Part shown: positions 21,389 through 31,482 of the stretch, piece by piece
How the letters are laid out: each line of letters begins with the position of its first letter
Numbering within the stretch: the stretch's first letter is position 1
Source: Eubacteriales bacterium
GTDB lineage: Bacteria > Bacillota > Clostridia > Oscillospirales > CAG-272
Direction: 5' to 3'
Assembly: GCA_045587025.1 (NCBI GenBank)
Contig: JAZNBK010000044.1
Coordinates: 1-52,487 of the forward strand
DNA length: 52,487 nt
Program-made: the position numbers and the translations under genes
Notes under the pieces: generated by a model
The model's input: the letters and a program-made list of their open reading frames with translations, nothing else
Told to the model about the DNA's origin: nothing
Database searches by the model: none

Positions 21389-22273
21389 ATGAAGCTTTCA
21401 AAACTTTTTTCGTCGGAAGAGCTTTCTATTTCATTTGAAGTTTTTCCACCAAAAACAAATGCGAAATTCGATAGCGTTAAGGGCGCTATCGAGGAAATAG
21501 CGAAATTGAAGCCCGCCTTTATGAGTGTTACATACGGCGCAGGCGGCGGGACAAGTCAATATACTCTTGATATTGCGAAAAACATAAAAAATATGTATGG
21601 CGTCTCCACTCTTGCCCATCTCACCTGTGTTTCTTCGACGAGAGAAAAGGTTCATAGTATGATAGAAACGTTAGAAAAAGAGGGCATAGAAAACGTTATG
21701 GCGCTCAGAGGCGACATTCCCGAAAGCATGAGCGCGGAAGAGAAGGATAAGTGGCATTACCGCCACGCTATCGAATTGGTTCGCGAGCTGAAAGAGAGCA
21801 AAGCCGACTTTTGTATAGGGGGTGCGTGTTATCCCGAGGTGCATCCCGAGAGCAGTACGCAGAAAGAGGATATCAAGTATCTTCGCGAGAAGGTAGAGGC
21901 CGGCTGCGACTTTTTAACCACGCAGATGTTTTTTGATAATAATCTGCTTTACAATTTTCTTTATAAAATAAGAGAAAGCGGAATTACTGTTCCTGTTATT
22001 CCTGGAATTATGCCTATTACCAATGCAAATCAGCTTGAAAGGGCAATAAAGCTTTCCGGCTCGTTCGTTCCCCGCCGTTTTGTCAGCATCGTCGATAAAT
22101 TCGGCTCTGATCCGGAGGCGATGAAGCAAGCAGGAATAGCTTACGCCACCGATCAGATAATAGACCTCTATGCGAACGGAATCAAAAACGTTCACGTTTA
22201 TTCTATGAATAATCCTTATGTGGCTGAAAGTATTCAAAACAACCTTTCGTCAATATTGGGTAAAAAATTGTGA
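21389..22273 (+). CDS. metF: Methylenetetrahydrofolate reductase
   Basis: SFEVFPPK, SVTYGAGG, AHLTC, ALRGD, TQMFFD. Confidence 0.95.
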   Translation: MKLSKLFSSEELSISFEVFPPKTNAKFDSVKGAIEEIAKLKPAFMSVTYGAGGGTSQYTLDIAKNIKNMYGVSTLAHLTCVSSTREKVHSMIETLEKEGIENVMALRGDIPESMSAEEKDKWHYRHAIELVRELKESKADFCIGGACYPEVHPESSTQKEDIKYLREKVEAGCDFLTTQMFFDNNLLYNFLYKIRESGITVPVIPGIMPITNANQLERAIKLSGSFVPRRFVSIVDKFGSDPEAMKQAGIAYATDQIIDLYANGIKNVHVYSMNNPYVAESIQNNLSSILGKKL

Positions 22274-22869
22274 GTGTTATAATTAAAGAATTCAGCGAGC
22301 CACCGTATAACTACAAGGAAATTTTACGGTATCTGAATTGTAAAAAAGCAGACGATAATGTAATGCAGAATATAAATGAATGTATATCGGAGCTTAATGG
22401 TAAGCTCAGATATTCGGTGTGCTACACAGAGCTTTTTATTGACAGACAAGGAGATACACTCGACTTCGGAGGGCTCGTAATTACCTCAAAGGATCTTTCT
22501 AAAAATCTTTTCGGATGCAAGAGAGCGGTGCTTTTTTCTGCTACGATAGGTATCGAAATTGATCGCTTAATTTCAAAGCACGGTCTGCTTACGCCCTCGA
22601 AGGCGCTTATTTTGCAGAGTATTGGAGCAGAGCGTATAGAGTCGTTGTGCGACGCTTTCTGCGATTTTATGCAAGAGCGAGCGAAGATAAATAATAGCAC
22701 CTTGCGCTCACGCTTCAGCGCCGGCTACGGAGATTGCCCTATTGAAGCGCAGAGGGATATCCTGCGCTTGCTTGACAGTGGCAGAAAAATCGGTCTGACG
22801 CTCACAGAATCCTGTTTAATGACACCTACTAAATCGGTTACCGCTTTCGTTGGAATAAAAGAGCAATAA
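22270..22869 (+). CDS. Stand-alone B12-dependent methionine synthase activation domain
   Basis: ATIG, RFSAGYGD, MTPTKSVTA; lies between metF and truncated metH. Confidence 0.85.
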   Translation: MSVIIKEFSEPPYNYKEILRYLNCKKADDNVMQNINECISELNGKLRYSVCYTELFIDRQGDTLDFGGLVITSKDLSKNLFGCKRAVLFSATIGIEIDRLISKHGLLTPSKALILQSIGAERIESLCDAFCDFMQERAKINNSTLRSRFSAGYGDCPIEAQRDILRLLDSGRKIGLTLTESCLMTPTKSVTAFVGIKEQ

Positions 22870-22898
22870 AATTTGTTTAATATTGTATAGGAGAGAAA

Positions 22899-25271
22899 AT
22901 GTCTGTATTACGATTATTAAAAGACGAGCTTGTTATACTTGACGGTGGAATGGGCACTTTGTTGCAGACGGCAGGGCTTAAGGCAGGCGAGCTACCTGAA
23001 AAATGGAATATATCGCATCCGGATATAATTCAAAAAATACATAAGAATTATTTTGATGCGGGAAGTAATATAGTTTGCGCCAATACCTTTGGCGCAAATC
23101 TTCTCAAATTTTCCGAGCCAGAGCTTGAGAATATAATCAGCTCAGCTATTTTAAACGCGCGTATTGGTTCAGAGCAGAGCGCATCAAAAAAAGAAAAATA
23201 CGTAGCACTCGATTTAGGACCGACTGGTAAACTCTTGAAGCCGTACGGAGACCTCGCTTTTGAAGAAGCAGTAGAAATTTTTGCCGCTACGGTAAAGCTC
23301 GGCGCAAAATACGGAGCAGATCTGGTCTTTATCGAAACTATGAACGATATATACGAGACGAAGGCGGCGCTGCTGGCCGTAAAGGAGAATTGCGACCTGC
23401 CCGTATTCGTTTCTAACGCCTACGGCTCTGACGGAAAGCTTATGACGGGCGCAGACGTTTGCGCGGTAGTTGCCCTCCTTGAGGGGATGGGCGCAGATGC
23501 GATAGGAGTTAATTGCTCTCTAGGTCCGAAGCATCTTATGCCTATTGTTAATGAATATTTGAGCGTCTCCTCTTTGCCTATTATAGTGAAGGCAAATGCA
23601 GGTCTGCCTGAAAATAAAGACGGAAAAACAATATATAACGTCGGAGAGGACGAGTTCTCCTGCGACGTATTGGAGCTTGTCAGAATGGGAGCTCGGCTTG
23701 TCGGCGGTTGTTGCGGCACGACGCCTGCGTATATAGAAGCTACTTGTAAAAAGCTTGTCGGCGTTAAAGCGAAGGAAGTCATCGAGAAGAATATCACCTG
23801 CGTTTCTTCCTATACTCACGCCGTTGATTTTGATAAAGACATAGTGCTTATCGGTGAGAGAATAAACCCTACGGGCAAAAAGCGATTTAAGCAGGCGCTA
23901 TGTGAAAACGATATGTCCTATATCTTGAGTGAAGGAATTTCACAGCAGGAAAAGGGAGCGCATATACTTGACGTCAACGTCGGTCTGCCCGAAATCGACG
24001 AGGTTAAAATGCTCAGAGAAACGGTATTTGAATTGCAGAGCGTGATTGATCTCCCCTTGCAGATAGACACCGTTGACGTCAATGCAATGGAGGCGGCGCT
24101 TCGATTATATAACGGAAAGGCAATGATAAACTCCGTAAACGGCAAAAAGGAAAGCATGGAGCAGATTTTTCCGTTAGTTAAGAAGTACGGCGGCGTCTTG
24201 GTTGCGCTTACGTTAGATGAAAACGGCATACCCGATACGGCAGAAGGTCGATTGGAAATTGCGAGAAAAATATTAAATAAGGCGAAGGAATACGGAATAA
24301 AGCCAAAGGATATCGTCTTTGACACTCTTTGTATGACGGTGAGCGCAAAGCAGAATGCAGGAGAAATTACCTTAAAATCCCTGAAAGCCGTCAGAGACGA
24401 GCTTTCCTGCCATACCTCTCTCGGTATTTCAAACGTTTCCTTCGGCTTGCCCGAGAGAAAAATTGCGAACAGCACCTTCTTTGCCATGGCATTACAAAAC
24501 GGCTTGTCCTGCGCTATCATGAATCCCTATTCCAATGAGATGATGAACGTATATTATTCATATCGGGCTCTTTCGGGCAGAGATGAAAATTGCGCTGATT
24601 ATATTCAATATTTTGGGAACAATAAAAAAGAAGAAGCAAAGAGCGCTGATATAACATCAATTTCGCTTAAAGATGCTATAATAAAAGGTCTTTCGGATAT
24701 CGCCGCAAAGCAGACGGCGGAGCTTTTAAAAACCACCGACGGTATGCAGATAGTTCAGAATGAAATCATACCTGCTTTGGATATAGTGGGAAAGGGATAT
24801 GAGGACAAAAAAATCTTTTTGCCTCAGCTTCTTATGAGCGCCGAAGCGTCAAAATTGGCTTTTGAGCAAATCAAGGCAAAGGCGACGGGCGCGAAAAGCA
24901 TAAAAAAGGGAAGCATAGTTATTGCTACGGTTAAGGGCGATATACACGATATCGGTAAAAATATCGTGAAGCTTTTGCTTGAAAATTACGGCTTTAACGT
25001 GCTTGATTTGGGAAAAGACGTAGCGCCGCAAAAAATAGCAGAGGAAGTGAAGCGCACAGGCGCTGTCCTCGTAGGACTTAGCGCGCTTATGACCACGACA
25101 GTCCCCTCAATGCAGGAAACGATAGACCTTCTTCATAAGGAAGCGCCCGACTGCAAAATCGTCGTCGGAGGCGCAGTACTGACGAAGGATTACGCGGACA
25201 GGATAGGCGCGGATATGTATGCAGCTGACGCTATGGAAGCGGTAAGATATGCGGAAAAAATTTTCTCTTGA
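22899..25271 (+). CDS. metH: Cobalamin-dependent methionine synthase (Hcy-binding, pterin-binding, B12-binding domains)
   Basis: LDGGMGT, GGCCGTTP, IGERINPTG, GDIHDIGKN; no activation domain. Confidence 0.92.
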   Translation: MSVLRLLKDELVILDGGMGTLLQTAGLKAGELPEKWNISHPDIIQKIHKNYFDAGSNIVCANTFGANLLKFSEPELENIISSAILNARIGSEQSASKKEKYVALDLGPTGKLLKPYGDLAFEEAVEIFAATVKLGAKYGADLVFIETMNDIYETKAALLAVKENCDLPVFVSNAYGSDGKLMTGADVCAVVALLEGMGADAIGVNCSLGPKHLMPIVNEYLSVSSLPIIVKANAGLPENKDGKTIYNVGEDEFSCDVLELVRMGARLVGGCCGTTPAYIEATCKKLVGVKAKEVIEKNITCVSSYTHAVDFDKDIVLIGERINPTGKKRFKQALCENDMSYILSEGISQQEKGAHILDVNVGLPEIDEVKMLRETVFELQSVIDLPLQIDTVDVNAMEAALRLYNGKAMINSVNGKKESMEQIFPLVKKYGGVLVALTLDENGIPDTAEGRLEIARKILNKAKEYGIKPKDIVFDTLCMTVSAKQNAGEITLKSLKAVRDELSCHTSLGISNVSFGLPERKIANSTFFAMALQNGLSCAIMNPYSNEMMNVYYSYRALSGRDENCADYIQYFGNNKKEEAKSADITSISLKDAIIKGLSDIAAKQTAELLKTTDGMQIVQNEIIPALDIVGKGYEDKKIFLPQLLMSAEASKLAFEQIKAKATGAKSIKKGSIVIATVKGDIHDIGKNIVKLLLENYGFNVLDLGKDVAPQKIAEEVKRTGAVLVGLSALMTTTVPSMQETIDLLHKEAPDCKIVVGGAVLTKDYADRIGADMYAADAMEAVRYAEKIFS

Positions 25272-25364
25272 GGCATTTAAAATAAATTCATAATAGAGGT
25301 CAAAATTCCTTGACTTTTATATCTCGATGCTGTAATATATAAGATGACAAAAGGAGCGAAAAAA

Positions 25365-27152
25365 ATGGAAGTTACTAACAATATAAAGTACATTGGAGTA
25401 AATGATAAAGAAATTGACCTTTTTGAAGGACAATATATCGTCCCTAACGGAATGGCATATAACTCGTATGTAATTCTCGACGAAAAAATTGCGGTAATTG
25501 ATACAGTAGATAAAAATTTTACTCACGAATGGCTCGATAATCTTCAAAATGCTTTGGGCGATAGAAAGCCCGACTATTTGATAGTTCAGCATATGGAGTC
25601 GGATCACTCGGCTAATATTGCTACCTTTATGAGCTTGTATAAGGATGCACGAATCGTTTCGAGCGCTAAGGCGTTCGATATGATGAAAAACTTCTTCAAA
25701 ACTGATTTTGAAGATAGGAGAATCGTTGTTGAGGAGGGGAGCGTTCTTTCTCTCGGTAGCCATAATCTTACCTTCGTTACTGCTCCCATGGTCCACTGGC
25801 CCGAGGTTCTCGTGACCTATGAAAGCACGACGGGGATTCTGTTTTCCGCAGACGGATTTGGAAAATTCGGCGCTCTGGACGCAGACGAGGAATGGGCGTG
25901 CGAGGCGCGCCGTTACTACTTCGGTATTGTAGGCAAATACGGAGCGCAGGTACAGTCGCTTCTCAAAAAGGCGTCTGCCCTTGATATCAAGATGATATGC
26001 CCTCTGCACGGACCTGTTCTCAAGGAAAATTTAGGATACTATATAGACCTTTATAATACCTGGTCCTCTTATAAGCCCGAGTCTGAGGGAATTATGATTG
26101 CGTATACCTCTATCTACGGAAACACTAAAAAAGCCGTGGATATGCTTGCCGAAAAGCTTAAGGCGAAGGGAGCGCCAAAGGTCGTCGTTTGCGACCTTGC
26201 GCGTGAAGATATGGCAGAAGCAGTAGAGGATGCCTTCCGCTATAATAAGCTCGTTTTAGCTACGACCACCTATAATGCGGATATATTTCCGTTTATGAAG
26301 CAATTTATAGATCATTTGACCGAAAGAAATTATCAGAACAGAACGGTCGCCTTTATTGAAAACGGCTCTTGGGCGCCTATGGCGAACAAGATAATGAAAA
26401 AAAAGCTCGAGGGCAGTAAGAATTTGAGCTACGCCGAGAATGACGTTACGATAAAGTCCGCAGTAAGCGAGGAGAGCGCCAAAAAGCTCGAAGCGCTTTC
26501 AGACGAGCTCTGCCGTGAGTATCTTGCAGAGCAGAGCGAGACGGTAAATAAAAACGATACTACTGCGCTCTTTAATATTGGATACGGTCTTTACGTCGTA
26601 ACCTCAAACGACGGAAAAAAGGATAACGGCTTGATAGTTAATACCGTTTCTCAGGTCACGAATACGCCCAATAGAATTGCGGTAACGATAAATAAAGATA
26701 GTTATTCGCACCATATTATCAAGCAGACAGGGATAATGAACATCAACTGTCTTTCAAAGGACGCGCCCTTTGAGCTTTTTAAGCTCTTTGGCTTTAAGAG
26801 CGGAAGGAGTGAAAATAAATTTGAGAATGAAATGCCCTTGCGCTCGGATAACGGATTGGTATATTTGTCGAAATATATAAATTCCTTTATGTCGCTCAAG
26901 GTAGAGCAGTATTTAGACCTTGGTACGCACGGAATGTTTATCTGCAGTATTACAGAGTCGAGAGTGATATCAGACGCTGAAACTATGACGTATACCTATT
27001 ATCAGAATAACGTTAAACCGAAGTCGGAAGCAAAGAAAAAGGGCTACGTCTGCAAGATTTGCGGATACGTTTATGAGGGCGACACTCTGCCTGACGATTT
27101 CGTTTGCCCTTGGTGCAAGCACGGAGCGTCCGACTTTGAGCCGATAAAATAA
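25365..27152 (+). CDS. fprA: Flavodiiron protein with flavin-reductase and rubredoxin domains
   Basis: HMESDH, VHWPE, SADGFG, PLHG, flavodoxin SIYGNT, flavin reductase (IGYGLYVVT..GTHGMF), CKICGY..CPWC. Confidence 0.88.
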   Translation: MEVTNNIKYIGVNDKEIDLFEGQYIVPNGMAYNSYVILDEKIAVIDTVDKNFTHEWLDNLQNALGDRKPDYLIVQHMESDHSANIATFMSLYKDARIVSSAKAFDMMKNFFKTDFEDRRIVVEEGSVLSLGSHNLTFVTAPMVHWPEVLVTYESTTGILFSADGFGKFGALDADEEWACEARRYYFGIVGKYGAQVQSLLKKASALDIKMICPLHGPVLKENLGYYIDLYNTWSSYKPESEGIMIAYTSIYGNTKKAVDMLAEKLKAKGAPKVVVCDLAREDMAEAVEDAFRYNKLVLATTTYNADIFPFMKQFIDHLTERNYQNRTVAFIENGSWAPMANKIMKKKLEGSKNLSYAENDVTIKSAVSEESAKKLEALSDELCREYLAEQSETVNKNDTTALFNIGYGLYVVTSNDGKKDNGLIVNTVSQVTNTPNRIAVTINKDSYSHHIIKQTGIMNINCLSKDAPFELFKLFGFKSGRSENKFENEMPLRSDNGLVYLSKYINSFMSLKVEQYLDLGTHGMFICSITESRVISDAETMTYTYYQNNVKPKSEAKKKGYVCKICGYVYEGDTLPDDFVCPWCKHGASDFEPIK

Positions 27153-27232
27153 CTGTTTTCTCTCTTCGAAAGAGTGAAAATAAATACAATTTAATTTGAG
27201 TAATTTTGTATATCTTAAAAGGAGTAATTATT

Positions 27233-28216
27233 ATGAGAGCCGGTATTATAGGTTTGGGTGGAATAAGCGCCTCACATATCGCTGCATTGCTGAATTTAGA
27301 GCAGGAAATCGTTGCTTTCTGCGACGTCGACCTTGAAAAATGCAAGGAAAAAAATGAAAAATTCGGCATAAATGCAAAAATTTATAGCGACTATAAACAA
27401 ATGCTCAATGAGGCAGATCTTGACGTCGTACATATCTGCACGCCGCACTATCTGCACGCAGAAATGACCTGCGAAGCGTTAAGTAAAAATATAAACGTTA
27501 TTTGCGAAAAGCCGATAGCGATAACCTTAGAACAGCTTGCCGACGTTGAAAAAGCGGTGAAATCAAGTCAGGCGCAGCTCGGCGTATGCTTCCAAAACCG
27601 CTTCAACAAATCCAATATATACGTAAAAGAATTCCTGCGGGACAAAGTGGTTGATGCGGCATATGCAAGCATAATCTGGCGGAGAGATGCTACATACTAC
27701 GCCTTGGCGGAGTGGAGAGGCACGTGGGCGCAGGAGGGCGGCGGCGTTATGATAAATCAGGCGATACATTCGGTCGACTTCCTTCTCGACGTTTGCGGAA
27801 TGCCAGAAAGCGTTATAGCGAACGTTGCAAACAACTCTCTGAAAAACGAAATAGAGGTCGAGGATACCGCATTCGGACTTTTTAAGCTAAAGAACGGAAA
27901 CAAATTCATTATAAATGCGACGAATTCTGCAAGCGGAACCTTCCCCGTGGTTTTCAATTTCTTTGCGGGCAAAGATAGGTTGCAATTGTGCGAGAATGAT
28001 ATTACCTTGAACGGAAACGTTATTTCACTCAGCGATGAGCTTACCCCCGTCGGTAAAGCCGTCTGGGGAACGGGACATCAGCGATTGATAGAAAACTTTT
28101 ACAATTGCGTCAAAACGGGAGAAAAGTTCTCTGTAGGTTACGACGAGGCGTGCAAGGCAGTAAAGCTTGTCTTGGCAATGTATAGGTCTAACGGAGAAGA
28201 AGTAAAAATAGATTAA
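27233..28216 (+). CDS. Gfo/Idh/MocA family oxidoreductase
   Basis: GIIGLGGI, ICTPHYLH, CEKP, GGGVMINQAIH. Confidence 0.9.
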   Translation: MRAGIIGLGGISASHIAALLNLEQEIVAFCDVDLEKCKEKNEKFGINAKIYSDYKQMLNEADLDVVHICTPHYLHAEMTCEALSKNINVICEKPIAITLEQLADVEKAVKSSQAQLGVCFQNRFNKSNIYVKEFLRDKVVDAAYASIIWRRDATYYALAEWRGTWAQEGGGVMINQAIHSVDFLLDVCGMPESVIANVANNSLKNEIEVEDTAFGLFKLKNGNKFIINATNSASGTFPVVFNFFAGKDRLQLCENDITLNGNVISLSDELTPVGKAVWGTGHQRLIENFYNCVKTGEKFSVGYDEACKAVKLVLAMYRSNGEEVKID

Positions 28217-28221
28217 AAATA

Positions 28222-28299
28222 ACAGCCGCCAAAAACTTGATATGCGCCCCAAAGGTTAGATGCTCTTGGAGGTGCATATTACTTTAAAAAGGCGGCTGT
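28222..28299. repeat. Nested inverted repeat: outer terminator-like stem enclosing an IS3-like end remnant
   Basis: acagccgcc/ggcggctgt outer stem; inner tgatatgcgcccc..ggaggtgcatatta imperfect IR. Confidence 0.5.
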
Positions 28300-28377
28300 C
28301 TTAAATTTATATGAATTGGGATTGAATATCTGGCGCATTTATGTTATTATATAAGCATAAAAGCATGGAGATGAAAA

Positions 28378-28905
28378 ATGGACTGTAAATTTACTTTCAA
28401 ACGAGTCAAAGAAAATGAAATAGCGAGAGTTATGGATATAATCAATGACGCCAAGGCGTTGTTAAAAAACACCTCGAAGCAATGGCAAAACGGATATCCA
28501 AACGAAGCTTCAATGAGGCAAGACATAAAAAACGGCTATCTTTTCGGCATTTACGAGGAGGCAGAACTTTTAGCAATCTCGGCTATGATTTTAGACGAGG
28601 ATGAAAATTATTCCTATATAGAGGACGGAGCGTGGCAGATTCCTTCGTCAAGCTCGGATCTCGTTGTCCACAGAGTGGCGGTAAAAAAAGAGCACTACCG
28701 CAGGAGCTTAGCCAAAAAAATGCTCGAATGCGCTAAGGAATACGCAAGAGAAAACGGTTGCAAATCAATTAAAATGGACACTCATAAGGATAATATCCCA
28801 ATGCGCCGACTGCTTGAAGGCGAGGGCTTTTCCTATCGAGGAATTATCTATATAAAGCACGATGAAACGAACAACGCCCGTGTTGCATACGAATTTATAA
28901 TCTAA
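28378..28905 (+). CDS. GNAT family N-acetyltransferase
   Basis: [26 protein letters not shown]. Confidence 0.85.
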   Translation: MDCKFTFKRVKENEIARVMDIINDAKALLKNTSKQWQNGYPNEASMRQDIKNGYLFGIYEEAELLAISAMILDEDENYSYIEDGAWQIPSSSSDLVVHRVAVKKEHYRRSLAKKMLECAKEYARENGCKSIKMDTHKDNIPMRRLLEGEGFSYRGIIYIKHDETNNARVAYEFII

Positions 28906-28916
28906 CGAGGTTTAAT

Positions 28917-29588
28917 ATGGAAATTAAAGAAATACTTTCAAGGGTGGACCATACGCTTCTTTCGCCTACTGCTACGTGGGAGGAAATAAAAGGAATTTGC
29001 GACGACGGAATTTATTATTCTGTCGCCTCGGTCTGTATTCCTGCTTCCTATGTAAAAAGGGCGAAGGAATACGTGCAAGAAAAGCTCAAAATCTGTACCG
29101 TAATCGGCTTCCCGTGCGGTTATTCCACCACCGAGGCGAAATGCTTCGAGGCATCAAGTGCGGTAGATAACGGCGCGGATGAAATAGATATGGTCATCAA
29201 TATCGGATTTTTGAAGGATAAGCGATACGACGAACTGTTAAATGAAATAAAAGAAGTGAAAAAATCTTGCAAAGGCAGGATTTTGAAGGTAATCATCGAA
29301 ACCTGCCTTTTAAGCGAGGCGGAAAAAATCAAGATGTGCGAAATAGTTTCAAATTCAGGCGCGGATTATATAAAAACCTCTACCGGATTTTCCACAGGGG
29401 GCGCAACGAGAGAGGATATCGCGCTGTTTTCAAAGCATATAAAGGGAGATTTGAAGATTAAAGCCGCAGGCGGAATTTCATCTATCGAGGATGCCCGTGA
29501 TTTTATACGGCTCGGCGCTTCCCGCTTGGGCACGAGCAGAATAGTCAAAATTGTCAAGGGCGAAGAAAACAAAGCGAAAGGATATTAA
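28917..29588 (+). CDS. deoC: Deoxyribose-phosphate aldolase
   Basis: [36 protein letters not shown]. Confidence 0.96.
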   Translation: MEIKEILSRVDHTLLSPTATWEEIKGICDDGIYYSVASVCIPASYVKRAKEYVQEKLKICTVIGFPCGYSTTEAKCFEASSAVDNGADEIDMVINIGFLKDKRYDELLNEIKEVKKSCKGRILKVIIETCLLSEAEKIKMCEIVSNSGADYIKTSTGFSTGGATREDIALFSKHIKGDLKIKAAGGISSIEDARDFIRLGASRLGTSRIVKIVKGEENKAKGY

Positions 29589-29603
29589 AGAGAGGGAAGA
29601 GGT

Positions 29604-30011
29604 ATGACCGAAAAAGAGTTGTGCAAAGAAGCAATTTCAGCCATGAGAAATGCGTATTCGCCATATTCTAATTGTAAGGTAGGCGCCGCATTGCTCACAA
29701 AGTCGGGAAAACTTTATACAGGAGTTAATATAGAAAACGCTTCGTATTCTGCGACGGTATGCGCCGAGAGAACTGCGTTTTTCAAGGCGATAAGCGAAGG
29801 CGAAAGCGAATTTTTAATGATTTGTGTGGTTGGCTCGCGAAACGGCGAGATAATAAACGATTTTAATCCTTGCGGTATATGCCGACAGGTAATGGCGGAA
29901 TTTTGCGATTCTGATTTCGTCGTTTTGGTAGTAGACAGGGAGGACGGCTTTAGTAAATATACTCTATCCGAGCTTCTACCTTTCTCCTTTACATCAGAAA
30001 AACTGAAATAA
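29604..30011 (+). CDS. cdd: Cytidine deaminase
   Basis: AYSPYS, NIENASY, CAERTA, PCGICRQ. Confidence 0.95.
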   Translation: MTEKELCKEAISAMRNAYSPYSNCKVGAALLTKSGKLYTGVNIENASYSATVCAERTAFFKAISEGESEFLMICVVGSRNGEIINDFNPCGICRQVMAEFCDSDFVVLVVDREDGFSKYTLSELLPFSFTSEKLK

Positions 30012-30013
30012 AA

Positions 30014-30048
30014 AAAGGACTGTTGCGTATCTTTTGCAACAGTCCTTT
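30014..30048. terminator. Bidirectional terminator between cdd and mntP
   Basis: aaaggactgttgc..gcaacagtccttt 13-bp stem. Confidence 0.8.
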
Positions 30049-30052
30049 ATGC

Positions 30053-30625
30053 TTAAAATCTCAAAATTTCCAAATGCTCTAAAAGGATTTTCAGACCTAT
30101 AAAAATCAGCACGGCGCCTCCGAAAAATTCCGCCTTCGATTTGAATAGAAGCCCAAACACGTTTCCTATCTTAACGCCTAAAGCGGAGAGCGCAAAGGTG
30201 ATGCATCCTATCAAAGCGATAGATAGCCAGATGTTTACGTTTCCTTCAATACAAGCGAGAGTAACGCCAACCGCAAGGGCGTCAATGCTCGTGGCTATCG
30301 CCATCGGAAGCATACTTTTGGGAGAAAGCGAGCAGTCGGCTTTATCCTCGTCCTTTGATAACGCCTCTCTTATCATATTTATACCGATAATTCCAAGCAG
30401 GATGAAGGCGATCCAATGGTCGTATTTCGTTATATATTCGCGGAAGTTGATGCCTAAAAAGTATCCGACAAGAGGCATAAGCGCCTGAAAACCGCCGAAC
30501 CATAATCCAACTATCGACATTTGCAAAGGGTTGGATTTTTTTATTGCGAGCCCCTTGCAGATTGCGACAGAAAATGCGTCCATTGCGAGACCTACCGCGA
30601 GCAAAAAAAGTTCAAAAAAGTCCAT
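30053..30625 (-). CDS. mntP: Manganese efflux pump
   Basis: [30 protein letters not shown]. Confidence 0.92.
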   Translation of the reverse strand: MDFFELFLLAVGLAMDAFSVAICKGLAIKKSNPLQMSIVGLWFGGFQALMPLVGYFLGINFREYITKYDHWIAFILLGIIGINMIREALSKDEDKADCSLSPKSMLPMAIATSIDALAVGVTLACIEGNVNIWLSIALIGCITFALSALGVKIGNVFGLLFKSKAEFFGGAVLIFIGLKILLEHLEILRF

Positions 30626-30780
30626 ATAAATTAATCCTTGCCTCGTTTTTAATAGATGCTGATTTTGTGAAATAGGAATATTTTCAAAAACTAAAAAAGC
30701 AATTGCAATTTTACTTGTTACTTAAATATATTATCATAAACAGCGCGACATGTCAAACACTTTTTAAAGAACCGAGCGCT

Positions 30781-30809
30781 TTCACACAGCGACTCTTTTT
30801 GCATAGTAT
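30781..30809 (+). promoter_or_regulatory. Mother-cell (sigma-E/sigma-K-type) promoter of cotJ operon
   Basis: ttcaca..15 bp..CATAGTAT matches the CATAnnnT -10; cotJ is a mother-cell operon in Bacillus. Confidence 0.55.
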
Positions 30810-30855
30810 GGTATTGCAGATATAATCTGCAAAAATAAAGAGTAAGGAAGATTTC

Positions 30856-31113
30856 ATGAATATATTTGATGACTATATGACACCTCTCGATAGATATGAG
30901 GAAGAAGGGAAAAGGAAGTGCCCAAAAAGCGCAGTCCCCTCGATATCGACCGAGATGTTTGAAGATATTACTCCGAAAAGACCTCTTGCGATGGTGTATG
31001 CTCCGCTTCAGAAATGGGAGAACGTTTACGAACCGAGCGAGGCGTTAGAAAAGGGAACTTTGTTTGCCGACCTGTATTTTCCCTGGTTAGCAGATGAGAA
31101 AGGCGGTAGATGA
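30856..31113 (+). CDS. cotJA: Spore coat-associated protein CotJA
   Basis: PLAMVYAPLQKWENVYEPSEALEKGTLFADL. Confidence 0.9.
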   Translation: MNIFDDYMTPLDRYEEEGKRKCPKSAVPSISTEMFEDITPKRPLAMVYAPLQKWENVYEPSEALEKGTLFADLYFPWLADEKGGR

Positions 31114-31114
31114 A

Positions 31115-31369
31115 ATGAATAATACAAAAAAACGTTTAGAAGAAGAAATTGCAAAGCTTTCGTTTGCAGCTCTGGAAACGAACTTATACCTTGACTGTCA
31201 TACCGATGATAATGCAGCTTTAAGATATTTCAATAAAATTACTAAGGAACAAAAGGAAAAGGTAAAGCAATACGAAAAAGAATACGGCCCGCTTACGCCG
31301 AGCGGAAACGATAGCGAAAGCGAGTGGCAATGGTCTACTCAAAAGTGGCCGTGGCAAATGGAGGACTGA
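31115..31369 (+). CDS. cotJB: Spore coat protein CotJB
   Basis: FAALETNLYLDCH..YEKEYGPL..WQWSTQKWPW. Confidence 0.9.
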   Translation: MNNTKKRLEEEIAKLSFAALETNLYLDCHTDDNAALRYFNKITKEQKEKVKQYEKEYGPLTPSGNDSESEWQWSTQKWPWQMED

Positions 31370-31371
31370 AT

Positions 31372-31479
31372 ATGTGGATTTATGAAAAGAAGCTTCAATA
31401 TCCCGTAAATATCAAAAAACCAAATGCAAAATATGCTCAAATCATTATTTCGCAACTGGGCGGTCCTAACTGCATATAG
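31372..31479 (+). pseudogene. cotJC: 5' fragment of cotJC (Mn-catalase family), interrupted by prophage
   Basis: Translates MWIYEKKLQYPVNIKKPNAKYAQIIISQLGGP|NCI*; CotJC normally continues GGPDGE; follows cotJB; recombinase stop lies 4 bp away. Confidence 0.9.
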
Positions 31480-31482
31480 ATA

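Noticed and set aside
22270-25271. Split metH as a novelty
   Set aside because: Separate activation domain plus truncated MetH is a known arrangement in anaerobes
19763-26009. Long antisense ORFs (19763-20398, 23918-24520, 25317-26009)
   Set aside because: Shadow frames of well-supported plus-strand genes
25365-27152. Four-domain flavodiiron protein as a novel fusion
   Set aside because: Core + flavin reductase + rubredoxin is a described flavodiiron class
30626-30780. yybP-ykoY manganese riboswitch upstream of mntP
   Set aside because: Leader is AT-rich and lacks the characteristic GGGGAGUA-type motif and stems
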